A DNA stretch of 64,000 bases from Phycisphaerae bacterium (GTDB lineage Bacteria; Planctomycetota; Phycisphaerae; UBA1845): NCBI GenBank assembly GCA_963666835.2, contig CAXXGO010000006.1:1216001-1280000 (forward strand), given 5' to 3'. Shown in pieces: positions 20,830 to 31,152 of the stretch. A program made the translations under genes and the position numbers. Position 1 is the stretch's first letter. Each line of letters begins with the position of its first letter. Under the pieces are notes generated by a model. The model did no database searches and was not told the origin of the DNA. It worked only from the letters and a program-made list of their open reading frames with translations.

Positions 20830-21639
20830 ATGAAACGAGCGAAGTACGAAGTTGCGGGAGGCGTACTGTGTGCGATCGTGTTGATTGCCGGGACCACGAT
20901 TGCCGGGATGAGATTGGGACACCGTGGTCCGGGGGATGGCGGGGAACGTCCGCCGTGTGAGGATCCCATCTCGGATGATATGCAGGCAGGGCTGCTGGAG
21001 CGTCATGGCTCCGACGGCATTGATGCGGACGGCGACGGCGTCTTGACGTGTGAAGAGGTCGAGGCGTTCTTCGCGGCAAACCCACCCCCGGGTCCGCGGC
21101 ATGGCGGGCATCGTCCGCCGTGCGAGGATCCGATCCCGGACGATATGCAGGCAGGGCTGCTGGAGCGTCATGGCTCCGACGGCATTGATGCGGACGGCAA
21201 CGGCGTCTTGACGTGCGAAGAGGTTGAGGCGTTCTTCGCGGCAAACCCACCCCCGGGTCCGCGGCATGGCGGGCAGCGTCCGCCGTGCGAGGATCCGATC
21301 CCGGACGATATGCAGGCAGGGTTGCTGGAGCGTCATGGCTCCGACGGCATTGATGCGGACGGCAACGGCGTCTTGACGTGCGAAGAGGTTGAGGCGTTCT
21401 TCGCGGAGAATCCACCCCCGGGTCCGCGGCATGGCGGCGAACGCCCGCAGTGCGAGGATCCGATCCCGGACGATATGCAGGCAGGGTTGCTGGAGCGTCA
21501 TGGCTCCGACGGCATTGATGGGGACGGCGACGGCGTCTTGAAGTGCGAAGAGGTCGAGGCGTTCTTCGCGGAGAATCCACCCCCGGGTCCGCGGCATGGC
21601 GGGCAGCATCCGCCGTGTGAGGATCCGATTTCCGGATGA
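20830..21639 (+). CDS. Secreted/anchored protein with four 54-aa tandem EF-hand-containing repeats
   Basis: AAGGAG RBS; N-terminal hydrophobic segment; 162-bp repeats each with DADG(D/N)GVLTCEE-type EF loop, two Cys and PPPGPRHGG linker. Confidence 0.85.
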   Translation: MKRAKYEVAGGVLCAIVLIAGTTIAGMRLGHRGPGDGGERPPCEDPISDDMQAGLLERHGSDGIDADGDGVLTCEEVEAFFAANPPPGPRHGGHRPPCEDPIPDDMQAGLLERHGSDGIDADGNGVLTCEEVEAFFAANPPPGPRHGGQRPPCEDPIPDDMQAGLLERHGSDGIDADGNGVLTCEEVEAFFAENPPPGPRHGGERPQCEDPIPDDMQAGLLERHGSDGIDGDGDGVLKCEEVEAFFAENPPPGPRHGGQHPPCEDPISG

Positions 21640-21932
21640 TACGTAGGCGGAACTGCTGGAATGGTCTGATTCCGAAGACGCTGATGTGGATGGCGATGGC
21701 ATCCTGACGGGCGAAGCGGTCCGAGCGTTCTTCGAGGCGAATCCACCGCCGGGCAGGGATCCTAGCGGGTCATAAACAAGAGGCGATCGGAGCCATCGAT
21801 CCGGCCGATCGCCTCCAGTCCAGGTGTTCGGATGGCGACAAGGCATCCGGGCACGAGGGACAAGATCGCAAGCCCTGCCCGGCGCGGAGGCCATTCCGGT
21901 AGCGTTTGCTTAGCGTTGCGGAAGGCAGACCA

Positions 21933-23804
21933 ATGTCTTGTATTCGCATTATTGTGCTAAGTGTGGTTGTGACGGTTCCGCTTATTGGTTGCCGTTCGCC
22001 GGGGGAGCACCGGCGGGCGGCTGATCGGGTGGCGTACGGGAACATCGCCGAGGAGCGAATGAGAGCCCTGGGACGTGACGAGCCTTTTACAATCGAGACG
22101 CCGGCGGACACGCTCCGGCGGAGGTTGCTGCTGGATCAACACTTGCCGCGCGCCGCGAGTGCCTCGCTGGGCGCGAGCGATCTGGAGCCGATCGAGCAGT
22201 GGCCCGACGATGACTACCTCAAAAAATCCGACGCCGGGGAAGGGCTCGCGGGGGCCTATCAGACCGACCAACCCCTGAACCTGACTTTGGTCGATGCCCT
22301 GCAGATCGCGGCCCATGAGAGTCGCGAGTATCAGAGCCGCAAGGAAACGGTCTTCGAAACGGCTCTGCACCTGGACCTCGAACGGGATTCGTTCCGACAT
22401 ACGTGGTCGGGCGTACTCGAAGGGATGTTCCAGACCGACCTCGAAGAAGAGATCGTAATCGACAACGAAGGTAACACCGATACGCAAAACGTCTCGGGGG
22501 CCGAGTACGGCGGATCGCTCGGCCTGTCCAAGCGTTTCAAGAACGGGCTGACCTTCACCGGCCTGATCGGCATCGATCTCGTTGCTCTGCTTACCCAGAA
22601 CCGGATGTTCTCGCGGTCGGTGTGGGCCGACGCCAGTATCTCGGTGCCGCTGATGCGCGGCTCCGGGGAGTTCGTCGTAACCGAACCGCTCACCCAGGCC
22701 CAGCGCAACGTCGTATACGCCATCTACGAGTTCGAGCGTTACAAGCGGGAGTTTGCGGTCCGAATCGCGGAGAGCTACTTGGGCGTTTTGCAGCAAAATG
22801 ACCAGGTCCGCAATGAAGAAGAGAACTATCGCGGATTGGTGACTTCGACCCGTCGCGCTCGCCGGCTGGCCGAGGCCGGGCGGCTCCCGGAGATTCAAGT
22901 CGATCAGTCCTTCCAGGATGAACTTCGGGCGCGCAACCGGTGGGTGGCTGCTATCGAAAGTTACGACCGGAGACTCGATAGCTTCAAGACGACCCTCGGG
23001 CTGCCGCCCGATGCCGACGTTTCGTTGGATTATACGGAGCTTGAGAGGGTCACGCTTCGGGCTGAGCAGATCATCCAGGAAGAGGAGCCGCGCGAAGAGG
23101 AAGACTCGGCCGCGGCCGATGATCCGATCGTGCTCGTCCCCCCCGGGCAGGGTATCGCGGGGCCGTATGAACTGGATGAGACGGACGCTATTCTCCTGGC
23201 CCTCGAGAAGCGGCTGGATCTTCGGGTCGCCCTGGGGCGGGTCCACGACGCCCAGCGCGGCGTGGCCGTATCCGCCGATCAACTGCGTGCGGATGTCACT
23301 CTTCTGGGAACCGGCTCCGCGGGCCAGCACCGCTCGATTTCATCGGCCACGATGGACGACGGGCGCCTGGCACCCGATGGCGGAATCTACTCGGCTTATC
23401 TGACCATAGACCTTCCGTTCGAGCGGACCTCGGAACGGAACGACTATCGCGTGAGTCTTATCCGCCTGGAGCAGGCGGTGCGGAACTTGCAGGAATTGGA
23501 AGACGAGATCAAGCTTGCCGCCCGTAACCGGCTCAGCGAATTGCTTGAAGCCCGCGAGGCGATTCAGATTCAGGCAATGGCGGTCACGGTTGCCGAGCGG
23601 CGCGTGGACAGTACGAACTTGTTCTTAGAAGCCGGCCGGGCTGAGATCCGGGACGTCCTCGAGGCGCAGGAATCTCTGGTGTCGGCACAGAATGCCTTGA
23701 CGGCGGCACTAGTGAGTTACCGGGTCGGAGAGCTCAGCCTTCAGCGAGATATGGGAGTGCTGGCGGTCAACGAAGAGGGCCTGTGGCAGGAATATACTCC
23801 TTAG
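21933..23804 (+). CDS. TolC-family outer membrane efflux lipoprotein
   Basis: Lipobox LIGC; OEP motifs (GRAEIRDVLEAQESLVSAQ); upstream of MFP and ABC genes. Confidence 0.88.
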   Translation: MSCIRIIVLSVVVTVPLIGCRSPGEHRRAADRVAYGNIAEERMRALGRDEPFTIETPADTLRRRLLLDQHLPRAASASLGASDLEPIEQWPDDDYLKKSDAGEGLAGAYQTDQPLNLTLVDALQIAAHESREYQSRKETVFETALHLDLERDSFRHTWSGVLEGMFQTDLEEEIVIDNEGNTDTQNVSGAEYGGSLGLSKRFKNGLTFTGLIGIDLVALLTQNRMFSRSVWADASISVPLMRGSGEFVVTEPLTQAQRNVVYAIYEFERYKREFAVRIAESYLGVLQQNDQVRNEEENYRGLVTSTRRARRLAEAGRLPEIQVDQSFQDELRARNRWVAAIESYDRRLDSFKTTLGLPPDADVSLDYTELERVTLRAEQIIQEEEPREEEDSAAADDPIVLVPPGQGIAGPYELDETDAILLALEKRLDLRVALGRVHDAQRGVAVSADQLRADVTLLGTGSAGQHRSISSATMDDGRLAPDGGIYSAYLTIDLPFERTSERNDYRVSLIRLEQAVRNLQELEDEIKLAARNRLSELLEAREAIQIQAMAVTVAERRVDSTNLFLEAGRAEIRDVLEAQESLVSAQNALTAALVSYRVGELSLQRDMGVLAVNEEGLWQEYTP

Positions 23805-23822
23805 AGAAACGGACGAATCGAG

Positions 23823-25667
23823 ATGAATGCCAAACTGGAAAGGCCGGCAACGAAGCAGGGCGGGTGGCGCATGGCGGCGATCATCGTCGCAATCGTCGTT
23901 GCGTTGGGGGGGCTGGCCGTGACCCGCTCGACCGGATCAAAGGCGACGCAGGGAACAAGGCCGACCAAGAAAGTGCAACAGGGTCCCTTGACCATCAGCG
24001 TCGTCGAATCCGGCACGATCAAGTCACTCGAACAGGTCAGCCTGAAGAATGAAGTCGAGGGCCAGACCACACTGATTTACCTGATCCCGGAAGGCACCCA
24101 GGTGAAGAAAGGAGACTTGCTCGTCGAGTTGGACGCCAGCGGGCTCGAAGATGATCTGATCCAGCAGCAGATTTCGGTGGATAACGCCGAAGCGTCCTTC
24201 ATCCGCGCTCGCGAGGACTTGGCCGTTGCGAAGAACCAGGCGGAGAGTGACATCTCCAGGGCAGAGCTGGACTATCAGTTCGCAATCGAGGACGTCAAGC
24301 AGTACGTCGACGGCGAACACCCGCAGGAAGTGAAAGAAGCGGAATCCAATATTACGCTGGCTCGCGAGGAATTGGAGCGGGCCGCCGAGCAACTCAAGTG
24401 GTCGCAGCGACTCTATGAAGAAAAGTATATCTCGCACACCGAGCTCGAAGCTGATCGGCTCACCCATAGCCGTCAGCAACTCAACTACGAGCTGGCCGTT
24501 GCATCGCTGCAGTTGCTCCAGGACTACACGTCAAAACGCAAGATCGCCGAGCTGGAAAGCGACGTCGACCAGGCAAAGATGGCTCTGGAGCGGGTGAAAC
24601 TGCAGGCCAACGCGGACATCGTCCAGGCCGAGGCGGATCTGAAAGCCAACGAGACCCAGTTCCGCCAGCAACAATCCAAGTTCGCTAAAACCGAAGCCCA
24701 AATAGCGAAGACTAAGATCATAGCTCCGCGCGGGGGTCTTGTTGTCTACGCGACGTCGGTCCAGGGCGGCGGCCGGCACCGGCGGCAAGAACCGCTCGAA
24801 GAGGGGCAGGCGGTCCGCGAGCGGCAGGAATTGATCTACCTACCATCGGCCGAGTCGATGATGGCCGAGATCCCGATCCACGAATCCAGCCTGGACAAGA
24901 TCCGCGTCGGACTGCCGGTGCGCGTGTCCGTCGACGCCATCCCGGGGCAGTCGTTCACGGGACGCGTGGCCAAGATCGCACCCTTACCCGACGCGCAGAG
25001 CGCCTGGCTCAACCCCGACCTGAAGGTCTACCCGACCCAGGTTCATTTGGACGGCAGCCACCCGGAGCTGCGGACCGGTATGAGCTGCCAGGCGGAGATT
25101 ATTGTCGAGCAACATGCCAATGCGCTGTACGTACCGGTGCAGGCCGTGACACGGATCGGGCAGACCCCGACGGTCTACGTGCGCCGCGGAAGTACCTTCG
25201 AACCCCAATCGATCGAAATCGGGTTAGATAATAACTCTAAGGTCCACGTAATCTCCGGTCTGGAGGAGGGGCAGGAAGTGCTCCTGACCCCGCCGCTCGA
25301 AGCGTCTGCAGCCGCCCAAGAAGAGCAACTGACCGAGGCCGGCTCCGATGCGGACTTAACGAGGCGACGCATCGAGGAATCGAAGCAGACGGCCACGACG
25401 CAGGCCCAAAGCCCTTCCGAACACAGCCGAGGCAACAGAGACGAATCACGCGAGTCCGGGCAGCCACAAGGGGATATGCGCCGGCCCTTCGAGAATATGT
25501 CGCCCGAAGAGCGGGAAGCCATGTTCGAACGCATTCGGAATATGACCCCCGAGGAGCGGGAAAAGATGCGCAACCGGTTCGGCGGGAGAAGGCCGTCAGG
25601 AGGCGGTGGGTCGGATCGTGGAGGACCGCCGGCGAGGCCGCAAAACGACCCCGGTGGCGGCGAGTAA
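23823..25667 (+). CDS. MacA-like periplasmic adaptor with long coiled coil
   Basis: TM anchor, IPEGTQVKKGDLLVELD, LRTGMSCQAEI, SGLEEGQEV. Confidence 0.92.
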   Translation: MNAKLERPATKQGGWRMAAIIVAIVVALGGLAVTRSTGSKATQGTRPTKKVQQGPLTISVVESGTIKSLEQVSLKNEVEGQTTLIYLIPEGTQVKKGDLLVELDASGLEDDLIQQQISVDNAEASFIRAREDLAVAKNQAESDISRAELDYQFAIEDVKQYVDGEHPQEVKEAESNITLAREELERAAEQLKWSQRLYEEKYISHTELEADRLTHSRQQLNYELAVASLQLLQDYTSKRKIAELESDVDQAKMALERVKLQANADIVQAEADLKANETQFRQQQSKFAKTEAQIAKTKIIAPRGGLVVYATSVQGGGRHRRQEPLEEGQAVRERQELIYLPSAESMMAEIPIHESSLDKIRVGLPVRVSVDAIPGQSFTGRVAKIAPLPDAQSAWLNPDLKVYPTQVHLDGSHPELRTGMSCQAEIIVEQHANALYVPVQAVTRIGQTPTVYVRRGSTFEPQSIEIGLDNNSKVHVISGLEEGQEVLLTPPLEASAAAQEEQLTEAGSDADLTRRRIEESKQTATTQAQSPSEHSRGNRDESRESGQPQGDMRRPFENMSPEEREAMFERIRNMTPEEREKMRNRFGGRRPSGGGGSDRGGPPARPQNDPGGGE

Positions 25668-26407
25668 TGTCAGCACCCAATATTGTGACATCAGGAACCG
25701 TATCACCCGCATCGTCGCGGCGAGTCGTTGCCGTGCTCGAAGACGTGACCAAGGTCTACCAGATGGGCCAGGCCCGGGTGCGCGCGCTGGCCGGAGTATC
25801 CGTCGCCTTCCAGGCCGGCGGGTTCTACGCAATCATGGGGGCTAGCGGCTCGGGAAAGAGCACCATGCTGAACCTCCTCGGCTGTCTCGACCGACCGACT
25901 TCGGGCCGCTATATGCTGGAGGGGCAGGACGTGGCGCTGTTGAATGACGACGCGCTCAGCGAGTTTCGACTGCGCCACCTCGGGTTCATCTTCCAAAGCT
26001 TCAACCTTATCCCCCAACTCACCGTGCGCGAGAACATCGAGCTACCGCTCTACTACCTCGACTGGGACGCGCACGACAGCGATGCCCGGATAGAGGAGAT
26101 GGCCGCGCGCGTCGGGCTGGCGGACCGGCTCGAACACCGGCCTACCGAGCTTTCGGGAGGCGAGCAACAGCGGGTCGCCATCGCTCGCGCTTTGGCTACG
26201 GACCCGTCGATTCTGCTCGCCGACGAGCCCACCGGCAACCTCGACTCCCGCACGAGCCAGCAGATTATGGCATTGCTCAGCGACTTGAACGAGCACGGCA
26301 AGACCGTCCTGATGGTAACCCACGAGCCGGAGCTGGCGTCTTACGCAAGCCATCAAATGCACATGCAGGACGGACTGATTGACCGTATTGAAGAGAACTC
26401 CGCATGA
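25667..26407 (+). CDS. MacB/LolD-type ABC ATP-binding protein
   Basis: GASGSGKST, LSGGEQQRVAIARAL, LLADEPTGNLD. Confidence 0.95.
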   Translation: MSAPNIVTSGTVSPASSRRVVAVLEDVTKVYQMGQARVRALAGVSVAFQAGGFYAIMGASGSGKSTMLNLLGCLDRPTSGRYMLEGQDVALLNDDALSEFRLRHLGFIFQSFNLIPQLTVRENIELPLYYLDWDAHDSDARIEEMAARVGLADRLEHRPTELSGGEQQRVAIARALATDPSILLADEPTGNLDSRTSQQIMALLSDLNEHGKTVLMVTHEPELASYASHQMHMQDGLIDRIEENSA

Positions 26408-27675
26408 GACAGGCCAAGCTCCTCAAGAACATCCGTCTCGGGGTCAAGACCCTGCTGCTGCATAAGCTGCGCTCCTTTTTGACCATGATGGGCGTGGTCT
26501 TCGGAGTGGGCAGCGTAGTGGCGATGCTGGCCGTGGGCGAAGGTGCCAGCAAGGAGGCCCTGGAGGAGATCCGCAAGCTCGGTAGCACGAACATCATCAT
26601 CAGTTCGATCAAACCGATCGAGGACGAATCCGGCAGTCAGCGCTCGCCGTTCAGTGTTGTGATGTACGGATTGCTGTACGAGGATGAGCGTCGGGCGCGG
26701 GAGACGTTCGACGCCATCGAGCGGACGGTCCCGGTCAAAATCGTACGGAAAGAAGGACGCCTCGGGGAGCGCACCCTCGACCTGCGTATTATGGGGACGA
26801 CGGCCGACTGGTTCGACCTGGTGCGGCGTCCGCTTATCGCGGGACGCGCGCTTCAGCCGCGCGACGCGCAACGACGAGGCGGCGTGACCGTGCTTACCGA
26901 GTTCGGAGCTCGGAAACTGCTGGCCACCGAACGCTCCATCGGGCAATCACTGCGTATCGGCGGTGAATACTACGAAGTCGTGGGGATTGTCCGAAGCGAG
27001 TCGGCCCAGGAGGGTTCCATCCAGACGCCCGACCAGAACATTGACGCGTACATCCCGGTCGAGGTCGCCCGCGAACGCTACGGCGATTTCCGCACGGAGA
27101 TCAGCGCCGGTTCGGTGTTGCGCGAGGCGGTGGAGCTGCATCAGCTTATCGTTCAAGTTGATTCCATCGGTAATGTCGAATCGGTGGCTAACGGGTTGAC
27201 CCGGATGCTCGAGGGATACCATGCGCGGAAAGACTATGCCATCAGCGTTCCGCTCGAGCTGCTCCGCCAGGCCGAGGCGACGAAACGAACTTTCAACATC
27301 GTGCTCGGCTCGATCGCCGGGATCAGCCTGCTGGTCGGCGGTATCGGCATCATGAACATCATGCTTGCTTCGGTCACCGAGCGCACGCGCGAGATCGGCA
27401 TCCGCCGGGCAATCGGTGCCAAGCGGCGTCAGATCATCGGCCAGTTCCTGATCGAAACCGTAGTGCTCTCGACCGCGGGCGGCCTGATCGGAGTGATGAT
27501 TGGTCTGCTAATTCCGTGGCTCATCACGCATTTAGTCGGTATGCCAACCGTTGTCACTCCGCACAGCATCGTGCTGGCCGTAGGCATCAGCATGACCGTC
27601 GGGATCGTGTTCGGCTTATACCCCGCCCGCCACGCCGCCAACCTCGACCCCATCGAAGCTCTGCGGCATGAGTAG
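26404..27675 (+). CDS. MacB/FtsX-type ABC permease
   Basis: RSFLTMMGVVFGV, VGGIGIMNIMLASVTERTREIGIRRAIGA, LDPIEALRHE. Confidence 0.95.
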   Translation: MRQAKLLKNIRLGVKTLLLHKLRSFLTMMGVVFGVGSVVAMLAVGEGASKEALEEIRKLGSTNIIISSIKPIEDESGSQRSPFSVVMYGLLYEDERRARETFDAIERTVPVKIVRKEGRLGERTLDLRIMGTTADWFDLVRRPLIAGRALQPRDAQRRGGVTVLTEFGARKLLATERSIGQSLRIGGEYYEVVGIVRSESAQEGSIQTPDQNIDAYIPVEVARERYGDFRTEISAGSVLREAVELHQLIVQVDSIGNVESVANGLTRMLEGYHARKDYAISVPLELLRQAEATKRTFNIVLGSIAGISLLVGGIGIMNIMLASVTERTREIGIRRAIGAKRRQIIGQFLIETVVLSTAGGLIGVMIGLLIPWLITHLVGMPTVVTPHSIVLAVGISMTVGIVFGLYPARHAANLDPIEALRHE

Positions 27676-27765
27676 CGAATGACCGGACTGCCATGCGCGT
27701 AGCACGGTTTCGCACGGTTTGCGAGGGCCTGGATCAGTAGTCCCTCCGCCGCTCGAAAAAACGCT

Positions 27766-29247
27766 TCACGCAGTGCCCTCGGACACCGAATCGGTTTCGC
27801 AAGTCACGGCCGGGATGCGCAACTTGACAATGAGCCCGCCCTCCGGAGCCGTGTCTGCGCTTATCGAGCCACCGTGGATGTGGGCCGCACGGGCTGCAAT
27901 GGCCAGCCCCAGCCCGGTTCCGCCGCGGTTTCGGTCTCGGGCATCCTCGACCCTGTGAAACGGCCTGAAAATAGACTCCAGATGCTCTTGCGGTACTCCG
28001 GGGCCGTGATCTCGGATGGTTACTACGGCGTGTGGTTGCCCGCTTTCGATTTGCCGGGAGATTTCAACTTCGACGTCGGTTCCGCGGGCCGTGTACGAGA
28101 TCGCATTGCGCAGTACATTTTCGATAGCGCTGCGTAACAGCGTTTCTACTCCGCGCACGATGCATGAATCTCGTTTGGTGACGCGGACCTTGCACCCTCT
28201 CGCTTCCGCTTCGAAATCCGCATCCGCGGCGACCTCGTTAACGATGACCAGAAGGTCCAACTTGCTTCGTTCCAGGTTCTCGTGGGTTGACTCGAGCCGG
28301 CTCAAGGTCAGCAGTTGGCCGATAAGCTCGTTGAGTTGCTCGGCTTCATGTTCGATGCGGTCAAGGGCATCCTGGGCCTCCGCGCCAGCCTTTCGGGCGG
28401 CAATCCCGAGCGCCAGGTTCAGGCGAGCTAGTGGAGAGCGCAGCTCGTGCGATACGTCCTGCAGCAAACGGCGCTGTGCGGTGATCAGCGATTCAATCCG
28501 AGAGGCCATCGCGTCGAAATCCCGCCCCAGTTCGCCTATGGCATCGCGCCGCGTCGCCACCAGAGGGCCGACCCGCGCCTCCAATTCGCCGGCGGCAAAC
28601 TGCTGAGCCGTTGCCCGAAGTTTCTTGATCGGCGCCGTTAGAGAGTAGGCCAGAGCCAGCGCAACGAATCCGGCCGTTACGATTATGGTGAGCAGCGGCA
28701 TGATCGAGGGGCCGATCCACCCATGCGGTCCGTGATGCGGAATCGACCGGCGTTGGCCGACGGCAACGTACCGTTCACCCTCTGGGCTTTGGACGAGACG
28801 ACCCTCCCAGCGGTTCATATCGAAAGGTTTGCCCCCGGGGCCTCGGCCGTCACGCATTCGCCGAGCCGTTGTGACCGCCTCGTCCGGAACAGTCCGTCCC
28901 AAGACGTCTTGATCCCGATCGTTGAGTATGTAGATCGGGGAGTCCATTGCCGTCGAAAGGCTGTCCAGATATTCCCGGAGGGCCTGCGGCCCCCCGGAAC
29001 TCAGAGCGGAGATCGCCGCCTGTCCGGCGATGCCGACGTGGTTTTCATGATCTCTCGGACCGCGGTCTGGTTTCCCCGATAACGGGCCGGGCGATTGGAT
29101 GACAATATCTTGACTCTCACGACCTCCCGGGCCATGGTCCGGGCTTCCCGGCAAGTCGATGTTCCTCACCAGAAGCATGAACACTGTGAAGACAACGAGG
29201 TGCGTGATCCAACATAATACGAAGATCTTCAGAACCAGGCTTTTCAT
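27766..29247 (-). CDS. CpxA-like sensor histidine kinase (HAMP-HisKA-HATPase)
   Basis: Two TM, DVSHELRSPLARL, ENVLRNA, DHGPG, GGTGLGLAI. Confidence 0.95.
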   Translation of the reverse strand: MKSLVLKIFVLCWITHLVVFTVFMLLVRNIDLPGSPDHGPGGRESQDIVIQSPGPLSGKPDRGPRDHENHVGIAGQAAISALSSGGPQALREYLDSLSTAMDSPIYILNDRDQDVLGRTVPDEAVTTARRMRDGRGPGGKPFDMNRWEGRLVQSPEGERYVAVGQRRSIPHHGPHGWIGPSIMPLLTIIVTAGFVALALAYSLTAPIKKLRATAQQFAAGELEARVGPLVATRRDAIGELGRDFDAMASRIESLITAQRRLLQDVSHELRSPLARLNLALGIAARKAGAEAQDALDRIEHEAEQLNELIGQLLTLSRLESTHENLERSKLDLLVIVNEVAADADFEAEARGCKVRVTKRDSCIVRGVETLLRSAIENVLRNAISYTARGTDVEVEISRQIESGQPHAVVTIRDHGPGVPQEHLESIFRPFHRVEDARDRNRGGTGLGLAIAARAAHIHGGSISADTAPEGGLIVKLRIPAVTCETDSVSEGTA

Positions 29248-29307
29248 TGTCTTTTGTCACGAGGAGTGATTGGATGGCTGAGTCTCTAGCCGGCGCTCGC
29301 TTCTCAT

Positions 29308-30057
29308 CTAGGACTCCCCGTCTGCCACCCCTGCAATCGCGTAAAGGTAACCGACTCCGCGAATCGTCTTGATCCTCTCCGCACCGCCCACTCGATGGCC
29401 CAGTTTCTTTCGGAGGTTGCTCGCATGCGTATCGAGGCTGCGATCATAGGGTGTCAAGGCCCGATCCAGCACGGTCTTGGATAGCTCGGTACGTGACACG
29501 ACGGATCCTGCAGAACGCAGTAGAGCTTCGAGGAACGTGAATTCCACGCCGGTCAGTTCAATGCTCTCGCCGGCGCGGCGCACGACTCGAGCGCCCAGGT
29601 CCATTTCTACGTCACCCACGCTAATCCGGTCGGTATCGGCGGATGCCGATTGGGCGTCCGATGAACGGGCGGCCCGCCGCAGGATCGCCCGAATGCGAGC
29701 CGCGAGTTCTCGGGGATTGAAGGGTTTGGGAAGGTAATCATCGGCTCCGATCTCCAAGCCAACGACGCGGTCGACATCCTCACCGCGAGCGGTGAGCATC
29801 AAGACCGGGATGTTCGATTCGGCTCGGATTCGACGCAGTACCTCGAACCCGTTGCATCCGGGAAGCATGACGTCCAGCACGACAAGCGCATGGGCCGCCG
29901 AGAGAGCCCGCTCAAGACCGCGTGTGCCATCGTGTACCGCCTCGATGTCAAACCCCTCGGGTTCGAGATACTCCCTGACAAGGTCGCAGAGCTTGACGTC
30001 ATCATCGATGACGAGCAGACGATCCGGCTGAGCTGTCGGCTTCTCCGTCATGTCCAT
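29308..30057 (-). CDS. CpxR-like OmpR/PhoB-family response regulator (start 30057 or 30051)
   Basis: LDVMLP, GADDYLPKPF, wHTH SNLRKKL..IKTIRGVGY. Confidence 0.96.
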   Translation of the reverse strand: MDMTEKPTAQPDRLLVIDDDVKLCDLVREYLEPEGFDIEAVHDGTRGLERALSAAHALVVLDVMLPGCNGFEVLRRIRAESNIPVLMLTARGEDVDRVVGLEIGADDYLPKPFNPRELAARIRAILRRAARSSDAQSASADTDRISVGDVEMDLGARVVRRAGESIELTGVEFTFLEALLRSAGSVVSRTELSKTVLDRALTPYDRSLDTHASNLRKKLGHRVGGAERIKTIRGVGYLYAIAGVADGES

Positions 30058-30244
30058 AATTCTATCATATACGGCTGGGCAAGCGATCGAGTTCCGCGCA
30101 AAGAAGTGTCAATCGAGCCGTGTTCCCTAAAGGAGCATCGGTCGGACGGATGCTCCTTGCGGGAGTAGGCCCGATTGACTTGAACACGCTTGGACTGTTA
30201 TCGCCCTACCCGTTTCCGCGGAATGCCCCGCCGTTTCAGCGGTT

Positions 30245-30970
30245 CTACGCCTCCTCATCCACAACTTGGAGAAGATCCAGCAGAGACGGTAGGATGTTCT
30301 GGTTTGTGCTTATCGAGGATTCGGCGAGAAGATCTTCGCCTACTGACCCCGCGCTCGAATTCTCGGCACCGGCCGGTCCGGGCATGCCGGCGGGCGGCTT
30401 GAGTTGATCCGCGTCGATGCCGTACTTCTCGAGGATGCTGTTCACAACGTCCGATACGGACTGTCCCGAGCCGTCGGATTCATCCTCCTCCTCATCTTCG
30501 GTTTCCTGGACGGCTGCGGAAGCCGCCGCCTGCAGTTCCTCAATGAGCGAGGCGGTAGTCTCCGCATCCAGGCCCGCCTCCGCGGCCAGAGTCTCGACCT
30601 GCGCCATCATTGGGTCCTGTCCGCCTCTTGACGGCATGGGCTCTTCCACGCTGATCCCATAATCCGCGAGGACACTCTCGATGGCTGAATGTACGGCCTC
30701 CCGGGGGTCGCCCGATTCAGCAGTCTCGTTCGCATTCTCAAGGGCAGCAGCGATTGCCGCCTGTAGTTCTTCCTGCAAAGTAGCGATGGTCTCCGGATCC
30801 AGGCCTGCTTCCACGGCCAGCGACTCGATTCGCTCCATCATCGGGTTCTGCCCGCCTTCCGGAAGTTCACCCGGAGCAGGTGCAGGCTTGGCGCCCTGCA
30901 GTCCTGTGGCCCGGACGTTGAACTGATTGGGCTCCATGCCGAATCCGCCGATGCTGCTGATGCTGGTCAT
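30245..30970 (-). CDS. Acidic hypothetical protein with two internal helical repeats
   Basis: GGAGAG RBS; duplicated MMxxxExLAxEAGLDxET..EELQAA..LxxYGI unit. Confidence 0.8.
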   Translation of the reverse strand: MTSISSIGGFGMEPNQFNVRATGLQGAKPAPAPGELPEGGQNPMMERIESLAVEAGLDPETIATLQEELQAAIAAALENANETAESGDPREAVHSAIESVLADYGISVEEPMPSRGGQDPMMAQVETLAAEAGLDAETTASLIEELQAAASAAVQETEDEEEDESDGSGQSVSDVVNSILEKYGIDADQLKPPAGMPGPAGAENSSAGSVGEDLLAESSISTNQNILPSLLDLLQVVDEEA

Positions 30971-31094
30971 CGTTGCTCTCCGCCATCAAGGGAAGACATC
31001 GTTCACCCTTGCCCTGGTCCAGCCGAATCGCACTTGAGGCTGGTGGGTCAGTGTTTTTATCGACAGAAGCTGCCTGATAGACCCATCTCCGCGC

Positions 31095-31152
31095 GCAAAG
31101 AACCGCAAACGCGATCTTTGCAGAACTTCACGCTTAGTTGACAGACGCTAAC
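31095..31152. promoter_or_regulatory. Divergent promoter region: conserved motif copy 2 plus GCAAA-N5-GCAAA CpxR-like box
   Basis: GCAAAGAACCGCAAA at 31095-31109; CGATCTTTGCAGAACTTCACGCTTAGTTGACA at 31112-31143. Confidence 0.7.

Noticed and set aside
20950..21600. Lanmodulin-type lanthanide binder
   Set aside because: EF loops lack the position-2 proline and the architecture differs; metal specificity cannot be read from sequence
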